Shown here: positions 1 through 16,140 of the stretch, piece after piece
Layout of the letters: each line of letters begins with the position of its first letter
Numbering within the stretch: the first letter of the stretch is position 1
Assembly: GCF_009914755.1 (NCBI RefSeq)
Contig: NC_060925.1
Direction: 5' to 3' (one strand)
DNA from: the human T2T-CHM13v2.0 reference genome, Homo sapiens
DNA: 64,000 nt
The notes under the pieces: generated by a model
Told to the model about the DNA's origin: nothing
What the model saw: the letters and a program-made list of their open reading frames with translations, nothing else
The model's database searches: none
Translations under genes and position numbers: made by a program

Positions 1-2645
1 CGTTAGACCAGGCAGAAGGCTGGGTTCCCTGGGGGCACTGGTTTAAGTGGAATAAAGTCGGGGCTTGGGAGCAGTCATGGGTTGCCCCACCCCAAGGTCA
101 AGACTATCTTGAGTCACACCTGGGGAAGTGACTTTTGAGTTTTTTCTGAAGCACTCATAACTATGCTGAGGAGACTTGGGCAGAGCCTGGTAGACCCCAA
201 GAACTCTCCATGGTGTGGTCTTTGGCTGAAGTGGCCCACAAGGCCATGCCGGGCCTGTTCTAGCATGCCTGTGGTTCCTAGAGTACACAAAGGTTTGTGA
301 GAGATGTACCCATTGGGAAATCTTTGAGGTTTGATTCTCTTTTTTTACCCTTTTTGGAGAGGAAGGAGGAAGGGCAGTGGGGTCCCTCCTGGCATCATAG
401 CATGTGTCCAGCCTCCCAGGGGAGAATGCCCCACTTTGGCTGAGGAGTCTGGTGACCCCTGGGAATTGTAGCAGGTTCTAGATTTTCTTTCGGATTTTCC
501 TACCTATAACTACTGCCCTGGCCCCATTTGAGGGCATGGGGCAGAGGGATCGGGGGGAATGCAAGATGTGCATGCTGAGGGTCTATAAGAGGGGTGGTGT
601 TGGAAAGAGTAGTCTGTTCATTTTTGTGTGGCACTGAGCAGGTGAGTGGATGGCTGAGTATGACACTTACCTGTGACAGGTTTATTCTTCAGTGGAGGGC
701 CTATGTGCCACCTTCTGCTCCCCATTCCTGTTTTTTGAACAAACATATTTCCAGGGTGGGGCAGGTCTTATTTAGACATCTGCAACGGCCATTGGCTGGG
801 GCTGCTAGAAAATTAAAACTTGGCTTACATAGACCTTTAAGAAATCAGACTCCAGGTTCATGAAAGTCAGGCCAAAAAGAAGAGTGATGTTCTTATTTTT
901 TTAAAATCCTTTTATGTTTTGTTTCTACTGGATGCTAGAGCTGGAAAAGAATTATCATTGTGTTTGCTGAAGATACAAGCTGGCATTCTGTGAACCTGCT
1001 AGGATGAGTATATTCACATGGAATAGGAAGAGTTGAGAATGGCAAAGAAACTGTGGGAGCAGAAATAACTTTTGTTGCACTTGGCTATCACTAAGGCCGT
1101 TTGATGTGCACTGCCTCTGTCAGGATTGCAATTCTGTTTCGTCGGTAGAACTGATGTAATCAGGGCCATCTCATAGATGAGGAAACACAGCATTCAGGGA
1201 AGTCAAATGACTTCGCTAAGATAACCCAGATCATTAATAGCAAAGCCAGCACCAGAACCCAGCATGGCATTTTGCCTTAGGCTAATATCATTGATCACGC
1301 AAGTTAGTTGAGTTTACTTATCCATCTGCTGCCCTTCTGCTGGTGAATGCTGAAATGTCCAAAAAAGGAGGTACAGGAAAAAAAGGGAGGTGAGCCCTAT
1401 ACAAGCTAGAGAATCAGCCAGGGCTGGGTAATTGAGAGTTGGCTCCACTTAAGCCAATTTTCAACAATCAGTTTCTAAATTGATTGTCACCATGTGCAAA
1501 TCATGAGATCTTTAGAAAAAGGGTGAAGTTTTTCCAAATCCTAAGATGAAAGAAATAAGTGTGTCTCTCCCCGCTCCCACCTCACCCCGTAGGTGTTCAG
1601 GGTGTGTAGGGGGTGGGCCTGGAAATGCAGGTGGAGGATCTTTTTCTGTTCCAGTCCTCCTTCTTGCCATGGCCCAGCTCTCAGAGTTCATGACACAGCA
1701 CTAGTCAGGAACCAAAGTGAAATTAACAGACTGGATCCTAGAGGGGACAGCTAGGGTGAAGAAGACATGGATAGGGACTGGACAATAATCTGAAGCTGCC
1801 TAATGGACCTCTGGCTCTAATCTCAGGCAGTGATGTGGCCCCATGAGAAAAAATACATCTGGGGAAACCTCCCACCCCCAAGCCAGCTCTGACTCTCTAT
1901 ATTTCTCCAGGTTCATCTCTTATTTGGGAACAGGTACCATTGCTTACTTTTCTTGCTGATTTGCAGGAGGCTGTTTTTTCTATCCAAGTTGAATGGAAGT
2001 TGGAGACTTGGTGGTCTCTGCTGAAAGAATTATGTGGATTATTTTTTGCATCTGAAGAAAGTATTAACCTCCCCCACCTCAAACAAAACCTCAGAGATGC
2101 CTTATTATTCAACTGGAACAGATTCCAGCTGTAACATGAGAGTTTTGAGAGAAAGCGTTGAGCATATTGTCCATGAATGTCTACCCTAGTGATGAGTGTT
2201 TTTTAAAAGCCATCTGGAGGTACCTTTATATAAAATAGGGTGATAATATATTGTACCCCAGCAAGTAAGATGGTGAAGGTTGTTGCTTCAAATTATGCTG
2301 GGCCATGGCTGAACTTGCCTCCAGCATGGAGGTCATTGAGTCATTGCTTAGATGTCAGAGACAGCAAGAGGTCATTGCAGGCATTTCCCTGTCTCTAGGT
2401 AGTGCTCCTCCCAGACCATCATTACAGTAGAAAAATCTATCTAGTTTTCCAAAGGTCAGGAATGAAGATCCTAGAGCTTCTGAAAGCCCCATCTCCAGAC
2501 TCTGCCAGTTCTTTCCTGTTGTCTTTCCCAATGGCTTAACCTGTCAAAGAACAGCTCAGTGATGAGGAGAAAAGAGAAGTGAGGTCAGCATATTCTGCAG
2601 CCCAAACGGTGCATTCGGAAGGGATTTCCCCGCATTACACGTGAC

Positions 2646-2939
2646 TTTTTTTTTTTTGAGATGGAGTCTCGTTCTGTCGCCCAGACTGGAGTGCAGTGGT
2701 GCAATCTCGGCTGACCGCAACCTCTGCCTCCTGGGTTCAAGTGATTCTCCTGCCTCAGCCTCTTGAGTAGCTGGGACTACAGGTGCGTGCCACCACACCC
2801 GGATAATTTTTTTGTATTTTTAGTAGAGATGGGGATTCACCGTGTTAGCCAGGATGGTCTCAATCTCCTGACCTTGTGATCCGCCTGCCTCGGCCTCCCA
2901 AAGCGCTGGGATTACGGGCATCAGCCACCACGCCTGGCC
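2646..2939 (-). mobile_element. Alu (S/Y-like)
   Basis: Poly-T followed by gagatggagtctcg...cgcctggcc; many CpGs retained. Confidence 0.95.
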
Positions 2940-3358
2940 GTGACTCATATTTTAAAGTTCCCCCAGCAGCCCTGTGTTCTCTTCTTTGAGGGCGGGGATG
3001 GGAATGAGCCCTTGCCTGTGCTCAGCCAGGCAGGACTTCCTAGGCCCTCTTGGAGATCTTGGGTGCAAGGACCAGCAGGGCAAGGAACTTGGCCCCCACC
3101 CCTTGTTTGATGGTCCCAAGTGTCATTTCAGGACCCGGACTTGCTTATGCCCTTCTTCTGGTACAGAGGTTGCTTGGTAAACTAGAGAGGGCCACAACAA
3201 AGGCCATGGGCAGCTCCCTTCTCCCTGAGGAAGCATTAGGGAGAAAGAATCAGTCCGCAACTGAGGAAGGGTGGCATCTGAGCACAGACGTATAAGTGCA
3301 TCTTCCACCAGAGATTCTGCAAGTGTGTGAGTCCTCTGAGGTGGATTTCCTCTGGTTA

Positions 3359-3672
<314 letters not shown>

Positions 3673-4570
3673 ACAAGTGTCCCTCCTTCATGTTAAGCTG
3701 GTCCCCGCTGGTGGTTGGCAGGTGAGTCCTGTCATCTCTGGGCAGCCTGGGAGGGACACCCCTCTCTAGTGGCTTTTCTGGAAGGCTCTGCTGCCTGTCT
3801 GGTGCCAGTCTTCTGTCTTGGACTGGGCAACAGGGCCTCCCAGAACTTTTCTACTAGGGCTTGGCAGCTTCTGGGAGTCAGAGTGAGAGAACACCTGTGA
3901 GTACTGTTTTGGGGCAAGAGAACAATATTTCTGCCCTTTTGTGACAGACTGATCTTTTCTCACCACCCCACACCCATAGGGTCACATCCGCTTCTGCTCA
4001 GGTATCTAGTCTCAGAAAAATGAATGGCCTGACCCTCTTAAAGCAACACCACCTCCTTATGGGCCCCTCCCCCACCCTGGGCTTAGCATGGGAGGATGTG
4101 AATTAGCCCCAGTTTGTCCCTTAGGAGCCTGTACAGCTGGTGAAGCATTAGTAATCCACCATCCCCAAAGAAATCCATTAACGAGCTCCTGGGCTGGGCA
4201 CGTGGTGTGAGGTAACCGATCACTTCTGTCGTCTGAAACTTTGGAGACATTGATTTTCAGACTCACAGGCGCGACTGAGAAGTGAGGCTCGGGGCAGGCT
4301 CTTCCCTGCAGCCTGTTTGGTGGGGGCATTTTTATCTTATCAAGCTAAAAGCCCCAGGAATAGAAAGTTTTCCACTGGGGGAGGTGGAGGGGAAAGGACC
4401 TCAGTGCGGAGACAGAAGGCATCGTCAGTCGTTGAGGGTACCAGAGCCTGAGGGTCCAGGTGACTGTCCAGGTCATGCGAGGCCCAGGGCCCTCCCCGGA
4501 GCCCTCCCCCACCCGGCACTCCACCCCTGACGCCAAGCCTGGAGAAAAGCTATTGATCTCTGGCGCTGAG

Positions 4571-4727
4571 ATGACCGAGGGCCAGGAGGAGAAGGCAACC
4601 GCTGCCTGCTTTGGGACAGTCACTGCTCAGCTCCAGCGGCTCTTCTGCAGGCTCCCGAAGAGCCGCTCGGTCTCCAAAAAGCACCAGATCCTGCAGAGGT
4701 TCCGCAACGGGGCCCGGAGGGCTCGGG
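4571..4727 (+). CDS. RASSF5: Candidate alternative first coding exon of RASSF5 (52 codons + 1 nt)
   Basis: gagATG at 4571; open frame MTEGQEEKATAACFGTVTAQLQRLFCRLPKSRSVSKKHQILQRFRNGARRAR; donor G|gtaggt at 4728. Phase 1 joins exon 2 in frame (G+AC=Asp). Non-repetitive and locally CpG-enriched. Confidence 0.6.
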
Positions 4728-6362
4728 GTAGGTCTAAGCCAATCTGACTGGGGGAGCTTGGGTTCTGAGGCCTCTGCTACTGGCTTCTCCCATAGAAAAG
4801 GAGTACAGGATCTTTCTGGCAGTCTGCTGTTTAGTGCTGAGCTCAGCACCACTCCTTGGCCCTCCTGACTCCGCAAGGACAAAGGCACAGGTGCTGTCAC
4901 CTTGCCTGGTATGGGTTGAACAGCCAGATCCAAAGGACATGGTCTGCCTGTTTTGGAGGCCTTGAGTGGGTAGTGGATTTTAACAACTTTTTATTGGCTG
5001 AGAATTAGGGCCAAGCGGTCGTCTTAATCAGGGTCCCTGAGCTGGCAGAATATGGGTATCTCGGATGGCCACTGTTTTCCATTCTGCCTATCCTGTAGCC
5101 CTTCAGACCCTGCCAAGTTGCTGAGTCAGCCTTCTGAGGACCTGGGAGCAGTGATGTTTCCCAGGCAAAGGCTTCTCACCTGCAGAGTTAGTGAAGGTGC
5201 AGGCTGCATGGGGCTGAAGGCTGCTGGGTGGAGCACAGCTGACAGGAGTCCCGGCCTCGGGAAGTGGCCAGACCACTGATTCCTCTCCTGAGCACTAATT
5301 AGGGCAAGAACAGTCCTCGCCTGAAGAAGGATAACTGGACGGCATAGCGGTGAGTGAAAGATAAGAGGCAGAGACAACAGCAATCCAAATCATCATAGGA
5401 TCTTAGGTCATCCCATGCCCCTTTTCCAATGAAAGGAAGCTGGGACCAACAAAAGGCCCTGCTGGTGGCAGTGCCAGGACTATGAACCCTGGGCACCTGC
5501 CTTCCAGCCTTGGATTCCTTCCGCTGTCTCATGCTGTCCACAGCATCTTACACTTCTGTAGCACTCTCTGCTAAACACTCAGAGCATTTACGTTTGTTTG
5601 CTTTTAATATCATTTATTCCCTCCAGATCCTGGTGTGGTGGGAATGGGAAGGGGATTATTCTGTTTCACAGATGAGATAGCTCAGACAAGTAAGGCCCCT
5701 TGTTAAAGGTCATTGCCATCTGGCTGGGTCTGGAACCTGCTTCTCTTTAACGGTTGGCACTCTTTGGAGCATACATACTTTTCTTGGGGCCCCCTGTCCC
5801 CATTTTTCTCTATACTTCTCTCATATACTTTCAAGAATCAGTGGGGATCTAGGCAGGTCACCACACTAAGTCATAGGGATGGGACTAAAATGAAGTGCCA
5901 TCTCTGGACTAAGTTTTGGAAGCAGATTTTTAAAAATAGGATCTTGACTATGAAAAATACGATTTTTCTGATTAAGGCTTTACCTCTTGAGAAGTGGGAA
6001 TTTTAATTCAACTAGCCCTAATCCCCATTTGGAGACAAATATTTCTTAGCCAGCCTGAATAATTTATCCTCATCAATATCCTAATACATACTGTGACCTT
6101 CACTGAGAAGAGAATTGGACACCGAGTTGCTCAATTTAAATGCTCACGAGCAAGTTGGTATTCATCCTCTCTTTCCCCCTCCCTTACTCTCTCTTTAAGA
6201 ATTATTCAGCAGATCATTTCCTCGCTCCTTTGCTATTCAGTCCAAGGAGTTATAGATTTAAGTAAAATCAATCAGGCCTGAAGGGGCAGCATTAAGGTCA
6301 GGGCACATACCGCACTGTGGCTATGATGGGCTTGCTTAACTTGTGTTAGCATTTGGGCTTAA

Positions 6363-6857
<495 letters not shown>

Positions 6858-9117
6858 TTACCACTTTCTGGCTGTGGCTCCTCCTACAGATTAACCTCTC
6901 TGAGCCTCATTTTTCCAAGTATAGGATAGGGCAGAATATCTCAACCTCAGACTGGTGTGGGGTAAATTAAATGTCAAACAGTTGAAACCATGTTTGGTGC
7001 ATAGAAAGCCCTGCACTGGGAGCTGCTGTTGCTGAGTGCTCCCAGGAAGACTTTTCATAACTGCTCCCCGTGGGTCATTGGGACAAGCCTGCAGCACGGC
7101 TGTCTGCCCCTCCATTGTACCTGGACCAGGGTGGACTGCCTGCATCTCAGTGGGAGACATAGGACTTGAAGGTTGCCCAGGTAAAAGTAGAGGAGAGACA
7201 TAAACTCACAAACACATTCCCTGGAAAAATTCCTATCATTGAGTTTACCACATCACATAATTAACAGGCAGAGCTAGATTAGCCCACCGGGTATCTTTAG
7301 GAGCTAAGCAAGCATGTCGCCAAGGAGCAAGTCATATGTCATTTTAAAAGGCTGCTAGGGGGGTCTGTGGGAAATAGGCCTAGGTCTCTCCAGAAGTCTC
7401 TGGTGGTCCTGGCTGCAGCGATGCAGCTGTAAAGAAACCTTTGTGTGTCTCCAGCAGAGAGGTCCTCTGACATAATCTATTTACTTTCCTTCCCACTGCA
7501 AAAAAGCCTGCTTTCGCCCGGTTGATGATTGGCACTTTGAATAGCTGCAAGTGACATCAAAGCAGGTGTGGAAAAACCAGTTGGATGTAGTAGCCTGGTT
7601 GTCCCATGATAGACTGAACCTGCCTGCTCCTGGCCTCCTGTGACCTCCTGGCACTAGAACTGGGCATACCTGCGGTGCATTCATATCTGTATTTCTGCAT
7701 GAACTTCATCTGCCATCTTGCAGTTTGCATATGCCCAGCCAGGTCTCCTTGCAATCCTATTTGGCTGTCCTTATCTTTGGGGTCTGTGGCATACTACCAC
7801 AAATATACTCTAGGCTAACAAGAGGCTAGGCTGCCCTTTGCCCCTTCTCAGAGATGATTGTCTGCCTTAAAAACAGAAACACAAGCAAACAAAAACAACC
7901 CTCCCCTTCTCTTTCCGTATGTGCCCCTCACTTCTAGAGCCCAAATCCTTTGTCAGCTACCCAGGGTCCTCCGTCTGTCTTCTCAGGGGCCCAGGGATGG
8001 GTGAGAGGGCCCAGAGCCCAGGGCTGGGAGACCTCTGCTGCTTTGTCTCTCTTACACCCAGAGCAAAGTGACACATGCCTAGACGAGGGGCCCCTCCTGA
8101 GCAGGCCTGGGGCCGAGAGGGTATCTGGCAGCTCCACACTGGCTTTGGATATCATGGGCTTGTTGCTATTTGTTGAGTTCCCTTAAACCCAACTGCCTAC
8201 AGTGTTTTAAATTATTTTTTTTTTCTTAAGGTGCCTGGCAATAGGATTTCTTTTTTCCCGTGGTGATGATCAAACCAGTATATATCTTTACTGAGCTTTC
8301 TCTCTCTCTCTCGAATCCTTTCATACACTTCTTCCTGTCACACACAGTCTTGGTTGTGACTGCCTGTACTTTGTAACAGTGAGCTATGGGAGGCCCTCAG
8401 TCAGCACATGGTGAGTGAATGCAGGCCACACATGCACAAATGAACAACTGGTTAGGAGCTGGGTAGATGTGGAAAGAGGGGAGACGGAACCGTAGAAAAA
8501 GGTTTAGTTCTCTCCCTGTGTATCTCTGAGTACATGTGTCCTGATGGTCACACATAATTTAATTGCCCTGTTCAAAAACTGTGCTGTGTCTTTGCACTTC
8601 TCTCTGCATGGCCATACCCTAAATGCAGCGTGAGCGTTTTCTGATGTGGTGTCGGAGGGTCCAGGTGACAAATCTCTCACATTCACTGAGGAATGAGGTC
8701 CATTTGGCTTGCTCGCCCCAGCACCCTCCCCCAAACCATTTACTTTTACACTTTCTCCCAAAATAGATTGCCTCTTACCATTCTTGGCCAAGGGGGGATT
8801 CTCAGGACTGCTCTGTGATGTGCACTGAGGGCCTGCAGACTTTCCCACCTCTTTCTGCTCCCTCCACATTTTCTCCTGGCCATCACTGTCATCAACAAGC
8901 CGTACTGCATGAGGCCACAGTGCCATGGTATAAGAAGCTCAGTCAAATAGAGGTGCATCTCTTAAAGGGGCATACAGCATCATCAGGAAACATAATGTAT
9001 ATAAAAATTACAAAGAACCCCCTAACATGTAGTCAAGCCAAAAATGAATTAAAATTTAAAAAATTTAAAATGGTTTAGCTATTGTAAGATGACTAGATTC
9101 ATTTAAAAGTAAAGCTA

Positions 9118-10897
<1,780 letters not shown>

Positions 10898-11028
10898 AAA
10901 ATAGGGGATGGGGCAGAAGAGATGGGAAGGATTGCTTTCACTTGTCCTAGCAGGGAGTCAGTTAATATAGTCTATAGTTGAAGCACGGATTGCTAAAAAT
11001 GGCTCAACACCATTACATTTGTTTATAA

Positions 11029-11075
11029 TACACATGCACACATACACACACACACTCACACACACACACATGCAC
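11029..11075. repeat. Imperfect (CA)n
   Basis: acacatgcacacatacacacacacactcacacacacacac. Confidence 0.85.
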
Positions 11076-11593
11076 AGGGCAGAGTGGGGACATGCTTCGG
11101 GCTACAGCACCCCCAAAGAACAAAGTTGTGGAAACAGGCCATGTGGAGAAGGTGCCAGGGGTCAGGCCTGTCTCCTTTGTCCTGGGTGCCTGGCAGGCAC
11201 TCCTCTTACTTCCTGCATCATTTGTCTGAACTTGTTGTGAACTATCCTGCCCTCTCTTCCTCTGCCCACTCCTCCCAAGACACCCCTACTTCAACACACC
11301 CAGCCTGGCCTGGCCACAGTACCTTCCTTTTGTTGATGTTTTCAGCCTAGGGATGTGTGGTTGTGTTGGAGATGGATGATTAATGTGCCTGCCCGAGAGG
11401 CACACCCACCCACACCCACCCACGTGAGACAGGATGGTGCCCCTGCAGGCCAACCAGGGCGCCCAACTTCTGCCAGGCAGGTTGGGTGTGTTTGGGAGGA
11501 GGGCACAGGGGACACATCCAGCCTTCCTGGGAATGTGGCTTGGAGAATAAATCACTGATACATTAGATCCAGGGACCCAGGTTCCAGAAAGAA

Positions 11594-11924
11594 TTTTTCT
11601 TATTTTTTAGAGATAGGGTCTTACTCTGTCCCCCAGGCTGGAGTACAATGGACCGATCATAGCTCATTACAAGCTTGAACTCCTGGGCTTGAGCCATCCT
11701 CTCGCCTCACCCACCTGAGTAGCTGGGCCTACAGGCACACACCATCCCCCACCCCACTAAGGTTTTAATTGTTTTGGAGAGCTGTTTTACAAAAACAAAA
11801 CAAAACAAAACAAAATTGTTTTAATTGTTTTGTTATGTTGCCCAGGCTGGTCCCAAATTTCTGGCCTCAAGCAATCCTCCTGCCTCAGCCTCCCACAGTG
11901 CTGGGATTACAGGCGTGAGCTACC
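11594..11924 (-). mobile_element. Alu (J-like) with internal (CAAAA)n
   Basis: gagatagggtcttactctg...gggattacaggcgtgagc. Confidence 0.88.
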
Positions 11925-12449
11925 TTGAGGGCCCCAGAGAGAATTTTAATATCTACTTTGGTGTCTGAGCAACAACTGAGCAGATCTTATGCCTTTCCCT
12001 TTAGTACAAAATGGTCGCTAAAAGTGTATGTCAATCCCATCCAGCCCTGCCACACAGAAAACTGATACAGTCATTTTGGAAGAGAGTAAAGACCAGGATC
12101 TTGGGGTGGTCTTTGGCTCTCTTTCCTGTGCCTCAGTTCAGCAGAGGCTCCCAGCTTCACCCCACCTGTCCAGCACTTTCCCTTCTCACCGGCCTTGGAG
12201 GAACCTGCTTCCATAAAGCCCTCCACCCCAACCCACTCTTTTACATGGGAACTCAGCATCTGAACCAAACTGGAGCTTGCTCAGGTGCATCCCCTCTTGG
12301 CTGTTCTCACAGAGACGACAGCCCCTGTGTGTCAGCTGCCCATCTTGCCTGTCCACATGAGGGGCTGGCCATCTCTGACCTTAGAGTTGCAGGACACTCG
12401 TCTTACCATTACATTGACCTTTCCTGTTTGCTTCCTGGCTTGCTTTCTG

Positions 12450-12452
<3 letters not shown>

Positions 12453-12486
<34 letters not shown>
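12453..12486. repeat. (TG)n microsatellite
   Basis: Perfect GT run. Confidence 0.95.
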
Positions 12487-12487
<1 letters not shown>

Positions 12488-14186
12488 GGAGTTGGGGCTG
12501 GGGTTGTGTGGAGGGAGGGAGCAGTTGTGTGCCTCCAGGCCCTCCGGGCTGGGCTGCAGGATGCTGAATGCCCCCAGGGTGGTCTGTCCTCTAAATCAAG
12601 GAACTACAGTAAGTGGTCTCAAGAGGGCTGAGCTTTGCCTCCTTCCTGGAAACATAAGGATGCAGATGTCCTGACCTGGCTGCCTGACCCTTGGAGTGGG
12701 GAGTTTCCATTCCCTTGCTGCCAGCCTCACTAGGAGTTTAGCCAGGAGTTTGAAAAACTTATAGATCATGTTGATTTTGGCAATGGCTGCAGACCTCCAG
12801 GCTTGACTATCACAGTCTCTCCGCCTTCCCATTCACCAACATGACCTATCCTTCCAGCCCCCCTGCCTTACTCCTCTGCACCCATTAAAGGCAGAAGTTG
12901 GAGGGAAGTGGGAGCAGGTGGGAGGAACTCAGATGAGCAGGAAAGTTGCACAGTTCTTCTTACCCTAATACGTTAGAAGAGGACCTGAAAATTGAGAGGG
13001 TTTTTGGCTGGCATCACATGCTGAGTCCACAGGAAGCTGGGTGGACTCAGGCATCTCATAGCGTTGAAAATGACAGCTGCCATTTATTGAGCACCTACCA
13101 TATGCCAGGTGCCGTTGGATGCTTTGCATACATACTCTCTAATTTTGGCAACAAATTTGCTGGCAAGAAAGATACTACCACCGCCATTTGCAGTTGAGGA
13201 AATTGAGGCTAACTAAATTCCACAGTTAACTGAGGTTAATTGTCCAGGTTTCTCATACCCAGTTAGAGGGAGGGCTCAGGCTCAAACCCTGATTCATGTG
13301 ACTCCAGAGTCCAGATTCATTGCACGCCCCAGCACCCGATTGAGTGTTCCATCTTTTCCACCCATTCTCTAAGACCTCTATCACACATGTTAAGCAGTGT
13401 GTTTCAAGGGATCACACCATCTGGGTAAGGATTTCTGATGTATGGCTGGTAAGTGGGTGCGCTCTGGTGCCAATCTCTGAGGTAGTTGGTTCTGGGAACT
13501 TGGCGTCCATTTTGGTGTCATAGGGAGGGGGTTTGCAGAGGCTGGGCCTCTTTGAGTGGGGAAGGCTGAGAGCCTGCTGTCTTGTGGAGCCTGAACTTGG
13601 CTGAAGTGCTGGCCTTTCTGGTGAAATTGTCCTGAGAGCTCAGGACAGGAACCTTTGGCTGCTGCCTGGGTGGTTCCAAGTCTCGCAGATATGGTGTTCC
13701 AGAGACAAAGGGGTCATGGATGGAGGACCAATTCAGAGCAGGCAGACAGTATGGGTGGCTTCAGAAACTCCCAGGATGCTGGCAGCCTCCAAGGCTGAGT
13801 GGCTTGGTTGAGCTTGGAGGAGAGCTGTGAAGTGGCACATCCCAGGCCCTCCAAAGACAGGACCGAAGCCTCAGGTGGGGTACTCTCCCTGCTCCCTGCT
13901 AGGACAGAGGAAAAAGCACTCCTTGCCCAAATGCCTTCAACCCAGGCTCTTTCTGGCCTTGGGCCACCCTGACTCCCATCCCCAGTGAAGCCCATCCCTG
14001 GCCTCAAGCAGTGCAGAGTAGGGACCAGGAACAAGTGGAGGGGACGGTTCTGAGGAATGGGCTGTTGAGGAGCAGCCAGGCATGATGCATCTTCACTCTC
14101 CACCCTGCTGCTCGCCAGCTACAAGGCTGCCAAAGGTCATTTATCTCTTCAAGTCTCAATTTCCCTATCTCTAAAATAGGAGTAGA

Positions 14187-14940
14187 TCCAATGAGTTAAA
14201 AACTTATGTCCACAAAATAACCTGAATAAAGTTGTTTATAGCAACTTTATTCAGAGTTGCCAAAATTTGGAAGCAACCAAGATGTCCTTCAGTAAGTGAA
14301 GAGATGAATAAACTATGGTCATCCAGATAACGGAATATTATTCACCAATAAGAAGAAATGAGTTGTCAAGCCATGAAAAGACAAGGAGCCTCATAAATAT
14401 ATATATAGCTACTATGTACCCACAATTTTTTTAATTAAAAAAAAAGACAGGGAGATAATACTAAGTGAATGCATAGTACTAAGTGAAAGAGCCAGTCTGA
14501 AAATTGGCTACGTATCTTATGATTCCAACTATATGATATTCTGGAAAAGATAAATCTATGGAAACAGTTAAAAGATCAGGGGTTGCCAGGGTTAGAGAGG
14601 AAGAAGGGATAAATAGGCAGAGCACAGCGGGTTTTTAGGGCAGCGAAACTACCCTGCCTGATGCTATAATGGTGGGTGTATGTCATTATACATGTGTCCA
14701 CAGCCATAGAACGTACAGCACCAAGAGTGAACCCTAATGTAAACTATGGACTCTGGAGATCATGATGAATCAGTGTAGGTTCATCAGTTGTGACAAATGT
14801 ACCACTCTGGTGGGGGATGCTGATAATAGGGGAAGCTGTGCAGCATATGTAGGGGCAGGGGGTATAAAGGAACTTTCTGTATTTCCTGCTCAATTTTACT
14901 GTGAACCGACATTGTTCCAAAAAAGTCTATTTTAAAAAAA
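14187..14940 (+). mobile_element. Ancient L1 3' end (L1MB/MC-like)
   Basis: Typical L1 ORF2-end/3' UTR motifs (gtttatagcaactttattc, ggaagcaaccaagatgtccttc, aatgtaaactatggact) ending in an A-tract. Confidence 0.8.
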
Positions 14941-14949
14941 TTAGTGGTA

Positions 14950-16140
<1,191 letters not shown>

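Noticed and set aside
4550-4933. 127-aa minus-strand ORF overlapping the candidate exon
   Set aside because: No recognisable domain or splice support; expected in GC-rich sequence opposite a + strand frame.
12011-12631. 206-aa ORF (and the 224-aa ORF at 21769-22443 and 167-aa ORF at 29361-29864)
   Set aside because: Lengthened by stop-free (TG)n repeats giving CVCV runs; no homology recognised.
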